A stretch of DNA of 64,000 bases from an uncultured Bacteroidales bacterium (lineage in GTDB: Bacteria; Bacteroidota; Bacteroidia; Bacteroidales; VadinHA17): the NCBI GenBank assembly GCA_963760915.1, contig CAVXEU010000002.1:1670132-1734131 (forward strand), written 5' to 3'. Every line of letters starts with the position of its first letter. Position 1 is the first letter of the stretch. Below, one piece after another: positions 20,474-30,552 of this stretch. A program made the translations under genes and the position numbers. The notes under the pieces are model-generated. The model saw nothing but the letters and a program-made list of their open reading frames with translations. It had not been told where the DNA came from and ran no database searches.

Positions 20474-21625
20474 TCATAAGATATCATTGATATTATTTTT
20501 TAAAAAACTAAGTACATTTTCAATATTATTATTCAATGTTGGCAAATTTACCAGATGTTTTGACAAATACGATGCATTTGGCAAACTTTCAACTTCCAAC
20601 CCCCATCTATTAAAATTCTCTTTAACAGGGTGAAGCGGTGAAATAAACCAATCGCCAAGTTTAATATGATTTTTTTCAGCCTTAAACATAAAGCTCTGCC
20701 TGTCTTCAACTAATAAAGGATATACAAGAAAAGAGTGGTTATCCCAAAAATCTTTAGATATATATTTTTTTTTATTTTCACTCAAAAAACCGGAATAAAG
20801 CTTTGAGTTTTCTCGTCTTTTAAGTAGATTACTGTTAAGTGATTTAATATTCTTAATGCCAATTCTTGACTGAATTACAGAAGCAGATTTAAAAAAGTTA
20901 TCCGGAATTTCATTCCCCTTGATTTCTTCTCCCTGGGATGAACCAATAACTATATTGGCTTTGCTTAGAACTCTATAGAGATTACGAAGTGTCCAGAAGC
21001 TTTTATCATTGATTAATATTTTCTTAGCCCAAATTAAAATCCAGAGCATCAGTTCATCCACAACCCTGGGTTTAATCAGTTTTTTGTTAACTTCCTCTAA
21101 TCCAATAATTAAATCAGGGTTCTGAACAACACAAAATCCTCCAATACCTGTTGAATAGGGTTTATTCCATTGTGTTGAAAAAATTGCTGCATCACAATAG
21201 CTTCCATTTGGTTTATTATTATATAATCCGCCAAAACCATGAGTACAATCTTCAATTGTTAAAATATTATGTTGTTTAGCATAATTTACAAGTTCTTCTA
21301 CATCTGACGATAATCCGAATGTATTTTGAATAATCAGTACCTTTACTTTATCAGATATTTTTTCAATATAACTACCAAATTCAGGATTATAAGTATTAGC
21401 TGAGACATCTATATATACAGGTTTAGCCCCTAGATAAATAATCGCATTTGGCACAACAACACAAGTTAATCCTGATAATAATACTTCATCTCCATTTCCG
21501 ATACCTGCAGCCTTAAGTAATGCGTACAGAGCGACCCTTCCCTTCCAATATAAATAAACATTATCTGGATTCACTGACAGAACTGATGAAATGGCTTGCT
21601 TATATTTCAGATGAATGTTGGACAT
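20474..21625 (-). CDS. DegT family PLP-dependent enzyme (second copy)
   Basis: GDEVLLSGLTCVVVPNAIIYLGAKPVYIDV, IEDCTHGFGG and FSTQWNKPYSTGIGG follow the DegT fold pattern. Confidence 0.7.
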   Translation of the reverse strand: MSNIHLKYKQAISSVLSVNPDNVYLYWKGRVALYALLKAAGIGNGDEVLLSGLTCVVVPNAIIYLGAKPVYIDVSANTYNPEFGSYIEKISDKVKVLIIQNTFGLSSDVEELVNYAKQHNILTIEDCTHGFGGLYNNKPNGSYCDAAIFSTQWNKPYSTGIGGFCVVQNPDLIIGLEEVNKKLIKPRVVDELMLWILIWAKKILINDKSFWTLRNLYRVLSKANIVIGSSQGEEIKGNEIPDNFFKSASVIQSRIGIKNIKSLNSNLLKRRENSKLYSGFLSENKKKYISKDFWDNHSFLVYPLLVEDRQSFMFKAEKNHIKLGDWFISPLHPVKENFNRWGLEVESLPNASYLSKHLVNLPTLNNNIENVLSFLKNNINDIL

Positions 21626-22505
21626 AATATCTTCTAATTCTCTCCATTTCCAGTATTGCTGATAACCTGGGTTCTAATTTATTCACTATTTCCCGAAAAG
21701 GGTATAAGCTCTTTACAATACAATTATAGAGTGGTTTATAATAAACTCTTAGTGATAATCCTGCTTCAATAAAATTAAATTTCTTTATAAGAAAATTCTG
21801 AATATTTGTATCGTGTAATAGTGATCTATATCCATCATTGACATAATCAAACTTCATTTCCTCCAGGTAATGTTCATTCATTTTATAAATAAGTGCATAA
21901 GAAGGGTAGTAGTTTAAAAATGAAGGGTCTATCTTTAAAGAGCTGTATAATGCTTCTGTTGTATCAAATGCATAGATAGAGCTGAAACCTATTAGTTTAT
22001 TCTGATAAAAAACTCCCCAATAATTAACAATATCATCAAAATCCACACTTGATAATATATTATTGACAAAGAGATTTTTATTTGTGGCATTTATCTTATA
22101 ATTCTTATACCTGCTTAGTGCACTTAAATAAATTTCATATCCAAATCTGGCAACAGACTTTGCATCAATTTGTTGAACATGGCAATTTGAAAGTCCTTTA
22201 TTTAATTCATTTCTTAATTTAGACTTAACCTGATCAATATTTGTGAATTTCTTGCATATTATTGCATACCATTCCGGAACTTCACTAAATAAAAAAACTC
22301 CATCTGTATATCTTAAAAGTTTTCCATTCAACCGGTTTAAGATTCCTTTAGCCTGAACATCTGTGATTTTTACTCCTTCATTGGCTGGAGAGAAAGGCAC
22401 TATTATTCCATTATAATTATAGTAAAGTGTGCTATCAACAATTTCAATTATTGCTCCCCTTCTGCTGAATAACTCACTATACCGATTTAAAAGATGCTCT
22501 TTCAA
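21600..22505 (-). CDS. hypothetical protein, weak resemblance to FemAB / GNAT (Acetyltransf_6-like) acyl or aminoacyl transferases
   Basis: SKLRNELNKG, then the YWGVFYQNKLIGFSSIYAF...LYSSLKIDPSFLNYYPSYALIYKMNEHYLEE pattern. It has a TTG start and no nearby in-frame ATG. Confidence 0.3.
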   Translation of the reverse strand: MKEHLLNRYSELFSRRGAIIEIVDSTLYYNYNGIIVPFSPANEGVKITDVQAKGILNRLNGKLLRYTDGVFLFSEVPEWYAIICKKFTNIDQVKSKLRNELNKGLSNCHVQQIDAKSVARFGYEIYLSALSRYKNYKINATNKNLFVNNILSSVDFDDIVNYWGVFYQNKLIGFSSIYAFDTTEALYSSLKIDPSFLNYYPSYALIYKMNEHYLEEMKFDYVNDGYRSLLHDTNIQNFLIKKFNFIEAGLSLRVYYKPLYNCIVKSLYPFREIVNKLEPRLSAILEMERIRRYYVQHSSEI

Positions 22506-22539
22506 AATTTAGTCATTACTAATATGATAACTGTCTTTC

Positions 22540-23532
22540 TTAATGCTTATCTATTCTAAACAAACCAACAAGTGAACCAAAACCATAAGAAAAATGTAAA
22601 ACAATAAACCCCCAGAATACATAAAAGACTCCTGTGCATTTATCCTTAAGACCCATCGAAACATATATTATAAAACTTAAATATGCAAGGAGTGAAACAA
22701 TAGATATAGAAACAAAATACTTGGTAAGAAATAAGCTTAAAATTAATGGAAAAAATAATGACGATACAAATATTAAAGGTACAAAATGCCTTATACTTAA
22801 TGAATTGAATCGTCTGGTAATATAGAATGTAAGTATATTCCAGACTCCATTTTTATATGCATTTTGTGCAAATTTGCTATAGGTTTCACGAGCATAATAA
22901 GTACATCGGATATATGAGACTAAAACAATTTTTTTACCTTTCCTGAGTAGCCTCTTAGAAAATTCAATATCATGATTTCTTACCAATTTCTCATTGTAAT
23001 AACCTAATTCTTCGAATAGAGATTTTTTATAGATTCCAAACGGAACAGTGTCGACATAAAGAATTTCATTTTTTTTAATCCTAAAATGAGAATTGCCTAC
23101 GCCATAAGCAGAACTAAGCACTTTTATTATTGCCTCGGATGTTGGGGTTGACTTTATTACCTCCGTGTCTATTCCTCCTCCTATCCCATCACAATTCATT
23201 TCTAATAGTTTATCAATAAGAATTGAAATATAATCAGAAGGAAATTTTGAGTGGGCACTTGCTATAAGTACATATTTTCCCGTTGCATTCTTAATTCCAA
23301 TATTTAAAGAAACCGGAGTAATTCTCTCAGGATTAGAAAGTACTTTAATATTAGAAAACTTTTTTTGGATCTTATTAATTATAGAGATGGTATTATCAGT
23401 GCATCCCCCATCAATAATTAGAATCTCTAATAATTCTGATGGGTAGTCCTGTTGCAGGAATGACTGTATGCAGTTTTCAATGTATTTTTCTTCATTGAAA
23501 CATGGAATAACTATAGATATCGACCTATTCAT
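22540..23532 (-). CDS. family 2 glycosyltransferase with C-terminal TM spans
   Basis: SIVIPCFNEEKYIENCIQS, IIDGGCTDNT and a GT-A fold pattern. Confidence 0.85.
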   Translation of the reverse strand: MNRSISIVIPCFNEEKYIENCIQSFLQQDYPSELLEILIIDGGCTDNTISIINKIQKKFSNIKVLSNPERITPVSLNIGIKNATGKYVLIASAHSKFPSDYISILIDKLLEMNCDGIGGGIDTEVIKSTPTSEAIIKVLSSAYGVGNSHFRIKKNEILYVDTVPFGIYKKSLFEELGYYNEKLVRNHDIEFSKRLLRKGKKIVLVSYIRCTYYARETYSKFAQNAYKNGVWNILTFYITRRFNSLSIRHFVPLIFVSSLFFPLILSLFLTKYFVSISIVSLLAYLSFIIYVSMGLKDKCTGVFYVFWGFIVLHFSYGFGSLVGLFRIDKH

Positions 23533-23596
23533 TTGAATCGATTAAAAAATGCATCTACATTTTGATAGCTATACTTCTGCTTTTTACAATAATTCA

Positions 23597-24490
23597 CTAA
23601 TCCCAATGTTGAGGATGCAGAAGTATTACCACTTTTTTACCCGGCTCAATTGTATCCCAATTAACCATCCCCATATTCCATCGCTTTCCATTAACACTGC
23701 CTCCATCAGTGAAATAGTAATCCCACTTCAAATTGTAACCTTCATAATCCAGAGCATAATTTGACATTATATCTTTCTCAAGCGGAATCAAATTATTTTT
23801 TTTAAAAACAGTATTGTATTCATAAAATTCCGGATCTTCTTCAGCTCCTTCCCAAAAGTAGGAATTCAGATAATGATAGATGTAACAATATGGAGATCCA
23901 TGGGCAACACTACCAGTCATATATATCCCATTATTACGCCAAAACTCAAGTTCATCTTTTAAGAATTTTCTGGAGTCTATATTATAAACTACCTGAAGAG
24001 TGACAAGATCATTGTGAAAACCAATCTCCTGGTGAAACGTATTTTGTAAATAGATCAAATAATAAATTAGGTTGTCATTCCTTTTAAAATATTTTTCTTT
24101 TGTTTTGCCATAATAAGATGCAGTATGTAAAATAAAATATGTAGCTGTGATTCCATATTTTGACTCACGATACGCCATTTTTATTGCCGAATTAATATTA
24201 TCATCAACATCGTGCCTTATTGAAAGTACTACCTTATCAGTTGAATTGGTTGAGTCGAAATCTTTTTGTGGTACTATTAAAAACCTGTTTGACTCAACTA
24301 AATACTTTATAAATTGCTCATAGGTATTATAATTAAAAATCTCATCATGAACAAGTACGCCATTATCTATAATGATATCATCTGATACTTTGATAGTCCT
24401 AACACTATCATAAGTAATTAAATAACTGTCCTTTGTGCAACTGATAAATAAATAGATTGAAATAAATAAAATATAGAGTTTACATTTCAC
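23597..24490 (-). CDS. predicted lipoprotein, polysaccharide deacetylase-like (weak)
   Basis: GTG start. Lipobox LFISC in (M/V)KCKLYILFISIYLFISCTKD. IRHDVDD followed by FHND and HG histidines resembles the divergent NodB fold. Confidence 0.35.
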   Translation of the reverse strand: MKCKLYILFISIYLFISCTKDSYLITYDSVRTIKVSDDIIIDNGVLVHDEIFNYNTYEQFIKYLVESNRFLIVPQKDFDSTNSTDKVVLSIRHDVDDNINSAIKMAYRESKYGITATYFILHTASYYGKTKEKYFKRNDNLIYYLIYLQNTFHQEIGFHNDLVTLQVVYNIDSRKFLKDELEFWRNNGIYMTGSVAHGSPYCYIYHYLNSYFWEGAEEDPEFYEYNTVFKKNNLIPLEKDIMSNYALDYEGYNLKWDYYFTDGGSVNGKRWNMGMVNWDTIEPGKKVVILLHPQHWD

Positions 24491-24517
24491 TGGAATATTT
24501 TATTTTAGATTCAATTT

Positions 24518-24694
24518 TCAATAAATAAAATTCCTGACGATATTCAAAGTCTCGTCAGTACTTAATCCATCAGATACAACTATCTCAATCTTATCCTTTG
24601 GAAAGTCATTTTCAAGAATGCTGTTAAGACATGCTGAAATAAACGACTCTTCATTTCGGCAAGGAATTATTAACGAAACAAGTGGGTATGTCAT
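24518..24694 (-). pseudogene. N-terminal stump (58 codons) of a family 2 glycosyltransferase
   Basis: My translation is MTYPLVSLIIPCRNEESFISACLNSILENDFPKDKIEIVVSDGLSTDETLNIVRNFIY-stop. This is a typical GT2 N-terminus, cut off where a full enzyme would continue for about 200 or more aa. It is below the ORF-track size cutoff. Confidence 0.65.
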
Positions 24695-24695
24695 T

Positions 24696-25796
24696 CTATT
24701 TAAAAAAAGTAGAATATAAAGTCAATAACTTTTTCTTTTCAGAATTCCAATTATATTTATTGCGAACTGCTTCAGCCCCGTTATTGCCCATAATCGCAGC
24801 TTTTTCTTTATTAAGCAGTAAGAATTCAATAGCTTCTGAAATATCTTCAGGGCTATCAGGATTGACGCATATACCACAATTATTGCCCTCAACAATCTCT
24901 TTCCATAAGGGAAAATCAGAAGCGATTAAGGGCAATGATGCAGCCATATATTCAAACATCTTATTTGGTTGTGCTTCAATATGATTAGGGACAGGTAAAA
25001 ATGTGACTATTCCAATTTCAGATTTTCTAAGAATATCAATCACCTTATCTGAGCTTACATTTCCAAAATAATCCACTTTTCCCCAGCTTTTATCCTTCAT
25101 TAATTCTTCTTTAATTTCATCTGATTCAAAATCTCCTGCCAGGTTTAAAGTTGTTTCAATATTTTTCAACGAAGATAAAATTTCTTTTATTCCCCTGATA
25201 CGGTTTATTACGCCGACGTAACAAAGTCCCTGCCGGTCATTATATTGAACCGGAGTTACGTCTAATAAAAATGGATAGTTATTTATGATAATGCTATGTT
25301 TGTTTAGCTTACAAAACCTTTTATTGATAGTGGGAGTAACAGTTATTACTGCGTCTAATTGTGAAGAAACATGGTTTTCAATTATTCTTATTGTTTTTGC
25401 CAGCAATTTTCTGAATAGAAAATGGATATAATCCTTACTGAGAATTTGTTTAGGCAAATCTTCGTGCACATCATAAATGATTTTTCTGCCATTTTTTGCA
25501 AGTTTCCAGGCGTGAAAAAGAAATTCCGGGTCATGAAAATGGTAAACCTTACAATCTAATTCTAAAGCTTTCCTATAAGCCATTCGACTGGTAAAAATCA
25601 TCCTTCTGATTCTGGAAGAGTGCCTTAGCCCAATATCATAAATTTTTATATTATTTAATATTGCATCCCCTTTCCCATCTGCAACAATTAAGCTTACGTT
25701 ATATGCTTCACTGAGACTCTGACAAATTTTCCTGAATATCCTGACATCGTTCCTGGGATGTACTGTAGTGATCTGACAAACGTTCTGTAATGTCAT
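24696..25796 (-). CDS. GT-B fold glycosyltransferase (family 4 / group 1)
   Basis: The C-terminal EX7E-type region EAQPNKMFEYMAASLPLIASD. Confidence 0.85.
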   Translation of the reverse strand: MTLQNVCQITTVHPRNDVRIFRKICQSLSEAYNVSLIVADGKGDAILNNIKIYDIGLRHSSRIRRMIFTSRMAYRKALELDCKVYHFHDPEFLFHAWKLAKNGRKIIYDVHEDLPKQILSKDYIHFLFRKLLAKTIRIIENHVSSQLDAVITVTPTINKRFCKLNKHSIIINNYPFLLDVTPVQYNDRQGLCYVGVINRIRGIKEILSSLKNIETTLNLAGDFESDEIKEELMKDKSWGKVDYFGNVSSDKVIDILRKSEIGIVTFLPVPNHIEAQPNKMFEYMAASLPLIASDFPLWKEIVEGNNCGICVNPDSPEDISEAIEFLLLNKEKAAIMGNNGAEAVRNKYNWNSEKKKLLTLYSTFFK

Positions 25797-25801
25797 AAAA
25801 T

Positions 25802-26692
25802 TCAGATTTCTATTCCTGCTACTTTTATTTTCGGAGAATGATCAATTTTATTTTTAATCATCTCCAGGTCCCGAATAAATATTGCATTGCCAGTAAAAGA
25901 ATCAGCAGCATCATCCTCTTTCAATTTTCTGGTAAAAGGATCATAAACATAAGAGCCAAAGCCATAAGATTTCATTAGTGTAAAAATTTCACGCTCATCG
26001 TATCCAAATCTTGAGCCGTGTCCTTTTAGTCTAATTATGAGTGAATTAACTGATTTGTTATGCAATATTTTCAAAGCACCATTTAAAACAGGAGTTTCAT
26101 AACCTTCAACATCAATTTTAAGCATTGTCGGTGATTCATCAGAGAGGATAGCATCTAGAGAAGAAACTTTTACTGATTGAACATTTAAATTCTCTGATAT
26201 TTCTCTTATTACAAGGTTTGTTGCATTCCTGTTAGTTGTGAAATATAGCGATTCATCCTTATCGGAAATGCCAATATTTAATGCCTTAACACGATCATTC
26301 AAGTTATTTATTCGAATATTTTCAACGAGTCGGTCATATGTATCAGGGATCGGTTCAAAACAATAACCTTTTGCACCTTTAACTGCGCATGCCAGAATTG
26401 TAAAACAGCCTATATTTGAACCAACATCAATGAATAAATCTTCAGGAGTCAGGACATGAAGAACAAAAGCCATTTCCGAAAAAGTATATAATCCGCAATA
26501 AATCTGTCCGGTAACACTAGTTTCGCCTTTCCTTGCAATAATTTTTGAACCATTTATCCAGTTAAAGATAACTTCCTCTGGAACTAATCTTGACCCAATC
26601 TGCCACTTAAAAAAATTAAGAATAGCCTTAGTCTTCCGTTTTCTGTTCAGAGGATGTTTTGAAATAAAAAGAAGAGTTTTTAATAAGCCCAC
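25802..26692 (-). CDS. FkbM family methyltransferase
   Basis: DVGSNIGCFT (SAM-binding glycine-rich loop) and MLKIDVEGYETPVLNGA, the hallmark of the FkbM family. GTG start. Confidence 0.8.
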   Translation of the reverse strand: MGLLKTLLFISKHPLNRKRKTKAILNFFKWQIGSRLVPEEVIFNWINGSKIIARKGETSVTGQIYCGLYTFSEMAFVLHVLTPEDLFIDVGSNIGCFTILACAVKGAKGYCFEPIPDTYDRLVENIRINNLNDRVKALNIGISDKDESLYFTTNRNATNLVIREISENLNVQSVKVSSLDAILSDESPTMLKIDVEGYETPVLNGALKILHNKSVNSLIIRLKGHGSRFGYDEREIFTLMKSYGFGSYVYDPFTRKLKEDDAADSFTGNAIFIRDLEMIKNKIDHSPKIKVAGIEI

Positions 26693-26729
26693 AACGAAAT
26701 TTCCGGATTAATACTTCAGTTTCAATTAA

Positions 26730-28133
26730 TTATAAATCATTAGTCATTGAACCCAAATAATCAATAATTTTAGAATAATATTTCTGGTAAGGATACCATT
26801 CAGAGACGTTAAAAGAATTTGTATGCCATAGCAAGACGAATTTTCCTTTATACTTTTTCACTACATCAATAAGGAAGCATATTTTTTTAAAATAATCCTC
26901 AGTATTTTCAGAAACAGTTATGGCCGCTCCATCCATAACTGTTATAGGTAATTCAACGAGATCCAATTGCTTTCTTTCAAGAAAGTCGTAAACATGATAT
27001 GGAAATGAAGTTCCGCAGCGGAAACCGATATTATGAACAAATCCTAATGTGCTGTCTAACTCTATTTTGACTTTATCCATAATTGTCCAGCTTGTTGGTG
27101 GGGAGAAGCGTAAATAGTGCTGTCTGCTTTCATTTATATCACCAGCAATAGATCTTAATCTTGAAAGTTCTTTGTTAAAAAGATCAATATTATTAAAACT
27201 ATTATAGCTTCCATGAATCCCTAGAAAATGCCCCCGGGACTTTATTAGCTCAATTACTGAATTTAAATATTCGCTCCTTATATCGTATCTGAAATCGAAG
27301 TTTGCCAATGATGAACCAGAGCTATCTGATCTGGATTGTGAAATGAAGTAGAAATGTGATTTTACCCTTATCCTTTCAGACTGATCCATCAGATAATCGA
27401 AAGTATCGAAGCTATCCTTCTTCTTTCGGTTTTTTATGTCACGATAGTTTTTAATTGAATCCGGAATAAGAGAAGGTTGCTTGCGGAGAAATATATCTCC
27501 TCCAATTATTCGGAGGAGCTTCAGAAAGTTTTTGAATCTGATAACCTGATCTACATCATGTGATAAAACAGCTTCAAAATTATTTATTTTACGTTCGCCT
27601 TCATAACCTAAAAATATTAGCATTTTCCAAAGCATCTCAATATATTCATCTACAACTGGCCTCTGATTAATCCCATACTTAATTGCTAATGCATATTTCT
27701 CAGGGAATCTACCGTACTTATCTTTATCTTTTATTACATACTCTTCCCATCTGGTAAGCATAAAAAATATACTACTGAAAATATCAATTTTACTTTGAAT
27801 GTTCTTTCTTATTCCATTATCAACCACCACTTCAGGCAGACCAAAAATCACAGGAATATTTTTTTCAACTGTGAAAGGGTTATTAGAGTATGAAATATTA
27901 TTCGGGATGTGCTCCCTTTTTAGATAATCTAATCCGTCTGGAAAAGCAGAAAAGAAGTGATCTTCTATTACTAATGAATTTTTGTTTGGTAATACTATTT
28001 CATATTGTTGAATTGTATTAATATTAATACTAAATTCCAGGCCCAGGAATCCTTTAAAAACAGTATCCAGCAGATAAATTCTTTCACTTTTAAACCCTTT
28101 AGGGATTGTTATATTCAAACAAGAATTTACCAT
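26730..28133 (-). CDS. hypothetical two-domain protein, C-terminal polysaccharide deacetylase-like (weak)
   Basis: LSHDVDQV and IHGSYNS histidine/aspartate motifs, with an N-terminal domain of unknown function. Confidence 0.35.
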   Translation of the reverse strand: MVNSCLNITIPKGFKSERIYLLDTVFKGFLGLEFSININTIQQYEIVLPNKNSLVIEDHFFSAFPDGLDYLKREHIPNNISYSNNPFTVEKNIPVIFGLPEVVVDNGIRKNIQSKIDIFSSIFFMLTRWEEYVIKDKDKYGRFPEKYALAIKYGINQRPVVDEYIEMLWKMLIFLGYEGERKINNFEAVLSHDVDQVIRFKNFLKLLRIIGGDIFLRKQPSLIPDSIKNYRDIKNRKKKDSFDTFDYLMDQSERIRVKSHFYFISQSRSDSSGSSLANFDFRYDIRSEYLNSVIELIKSRGHFLGIHGSYNSFNNIDLFNKELSRLRSIAGDINESRQHYLRFSPPTSWTIMDKVKIELDSTLGFVHNIGFRCGTSFPYHVYDFLERKQLDLVELPITVMDGAAITVSENTEDYFKKICFLIDVVKKYKGKFVLLWHTNSFNVSEWYPYQKYYSKIIDYLGSMTNDL

Positions 28134-28202
28134 TAGTCTTTAATATGAGTAGAATTGAAAACTTTTCATACTCTCAAATTTCAGGATTTTGAAATTGACT
28201 AT

Positions 28203-29474
28203 TCAAAATGCATGTTTTACTCCCTTGCTAAAAGAATAAGACAAATAAAATTCGATACAATACTTAATGCTATAAACTATTGTATATAATAAGATAGCTG
28301 CCTTTGGCTGATTGAATATTTTATACCCGGCAACAAATGAAAGACACACAAAAGAAAAAAGTATTATTTGTATAATTAAGTCTACTTTTTGTTTTTCGGC
28401 GATGAAGAACATGTTTGACAGTGGACTGACAATGAATTTAATAAAAAACATAACTGTCATTATTTGAGTGTATTCGCCGGCAATTCTCCATTCTGCTCCA
28501 AAAATAAATGAGAAAAGGAAAGGTGCCAGAAAAAATAGTAAGGCAAACGGGATAATGGCAATTTTAAATAGCAGTCTGAATAGTTTCAAAAAAATGTCAA
28601 CGCAATTTCCATTTTCAAGGTATTCGACATTTGCCTGTTGTCTGAATACATTGCCTATTGATACGGCAACAAGAATTTCAGGGGCAGCAATTAATCGCTG
28701 AGAAAGAGAGAAAAATCCTGTTATGGCTGTTCCAAAAAATGAAGTCAGAAATATAACGGGAACCTGACCCGAACCCTTCTCCAGCAATCCAGACAATAAG
28801 TTAAATTTTGGAAACTTATCATACCTTTTTGCCTGCGTAAGAATGTTTTTCTTTGAGATCGATGAGATTATCTTTCTATCGTATTTCAACGATCGAAAAA
28901 GGAGGTATAATCCAGAAAGTGCCTGTCCTATCGTATCAGCAATTATTAATCCTCCTGTTTTAAGCACAGTTAGTCCAAAGCCTATACTGAAAAAGCTTGA
29001 AAAAACTGATCTCGTTATTTTTCCTCCTGAAATACTTTTATAATGCTCTTTCCGGTTAAGCCAGAAACTAAAAATTGACGAGAATCCCAATCCCAAGATA
29101 GTTACAGGCAAAAGAAAAAGATAATTATTAATGCCAGGATTGGAAAACTGAACTGGAACAAAAAACCTTATAGTAAGAACAACAATTAAACAAAGAATGC
29201 TAACAAGAAAAGTTATTGCAACTGACAGAGCAACAACATTGGCAGCATCTTCGTCCTTCTCCGGAAGGATTATTGCCATTTCATAACGGCCTGCCACAAA
29301 TACTGAAATAATTTGAGCTATTCCAAAATAAAGAGCAAATAATCCAAAATCTTCAGGTGTAAATAGACGCGTTAATACTGGGGAAATGGCAAGAGGAATT
29401 GCCTGGGAAACAACGGTCCCCACAAATAATATAATAACATTCCTCGAAAACTTATCCTTGGTGTTAAAAAGCAT
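28203..29474 (-). CDS. wzx: oligosaccharide flippase (Wzx, MOP superfamily)
   Basis: About 12 TM spans, with the N-terminal pattern GTVVSQAIPLAISPVLTRLFTPEDFG typical of Wzx. Confidence 0.8.
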   Translation of the reverse strand: MLFNTKDKFSRNVIILFVGTVVSQAIPLAISPVLTRLFTPEDFGLFALYFGIAQIISVFVAGRYEMAIILPEKDEDAANVVALSVAITFLVSILCLIVVLTIRFFVPVQFSNPGINNYLFLLPVTILGLGFSSIFSFWLNRKEHYKSISGGKITRSVFSSFFSIGFGLTVLKTGGLIIADTIGQALSGLYLLFRSLKYDRKIISSISKKNILTQAKRYDKFPKFNLLSGLLEKGSGQVPVIFLTSFFGTAITGFFSLSQRLIAAPEILVAVSIGNVFRQQANVEYLENGNCVDIFLKLFRLLFKIAIIPFALLFFLAPFLFSFIFGAEWRIAGEYTQIMTVMFFIKFIVSPLSNMFFIAEKQKVDLIIQIILFSFVCLSFVAGYKIFNQPKAAILLYTIVYSIKYCIEFYLSYSFSKGVKHAF

Positions 29475-29554
29475 TTAAATATTTAATAATCATCTTTAGA
29501 AATCAAATCTCGCTCGAAATTGACTTAAACTTCTTGATAAACTTTTAATTCAGA

Positions 29555-30541
29555 TTACACCGAATTAAATGGGATCTTTTTATCAATAACTTTTACCAGA
29601 ATAGCGTTAATAATTAAACATAAAGGAAATGAAATAAGATACGATAAAACCCCTTTTTCAGAAAGGAATACCAGGATAACAAAAAAAATGTTAATTAATA
29701 TTGAAAATATAACCGCCTTTTTATGACTGAAACCATATTGTACAATTCTCTGGTAATAATGTTTTCGATGTGCCTGACTAAGTTTTTCATTATTTCTCCA
29801 ACGTTTAAACAGTGTTAACGAAGCATCAATCCAGAAAAGTGAGGTAAGTATTAACCAACCCAAAAAATTAAATTTGAATTGATTATTAAAATATATTGCC
29901 AGAATCAACAGGATATAGCCAAGCTGAGTGCTTCCAATATCACCCATAAATATTTTTGCTTTCGGCCAGTTCCAGACCAGAAAGCCAGAAACTGAAAAAA
30001 TTAAAATCAGTAAAACCGGATTATAAAGGATCAGAAACATACCAAGCGCCACAAGTATTGTTTCAGCGGATGCATAAGCATCAATTCCATCCAGAAAGTT
30101 GAACAGATTTATAAACCAAATGCTACCTAAAACAGCCAAAAAGGTTAAGATAAACGGATAATTCAATATAGCATCGGACAAGTAAATTACTTTAAATCCT
30201 CCAATAAAAAACAAGCCTGACATTACTGTAACTACCTGAAAAAAAATCCTTATCCCCGGCTTGATATCAAATAAGTCATCAAGGAAACTGATAGTTGCAA
30301 GAAAAACTCCGGATAATAAAGCAAAAAAAAGATCTGATTCAATCAGACCCATATACCTGAGCGCTGCCAGACCAATGTACCACGAGATTACGATAGCAAG
30401 TCCACCTCCTCTGGGAGTTGGGTGAGTATGTGAACTTCGAATATTAGGAATATCCATTATATTCTTCCTGACGGCAATTTTTAAAATTAAAAAAGTGCTG
30501 GCAAATGAAGTTATTAGGATTAAGAATAACAGTAAAGTCAA
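29555..30541 (-). CDS. polyprenyl-phosphate HexNAc-1-phosphate transferase (MraY/WecA family)
   Basis: FLDDLFDIKP, NLFNFLDGIDAYA and FMGDIGSTQLGY. Polytopic protein with a TTG start. Confidence 0.85.
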   Translation of the reverse strand: MTLLLFLILITSFASTFLILKIAVRKNIMDIPNIRSSHTHPTPRGGGLAIVISWYIGLAALRYMGLIESDLFFALLSGVFLATISFLDDLFDIKPGIRIFFQVVTVMSGLFFIGGFKVIYLSDAILNYPFILTFLAVLGSIWFINLFNFLDGIDAYASAETILVALGMFLILYNPVLLILIFSVSGFLVWNWPKAKIFMGDIGSTQLGYILLILAIYFNNQFKFNFLGWLILTSLFWIDASLTLFKRWRNNEKLSQAHRKHYYQRIVQYGFSHKKAVIFSILINIFFVILVFLSEKGVLSYLISFPLCLIINAILVKVIDKKIPFNSV

Positions 30542-30552
30542 TTTATTAAATT

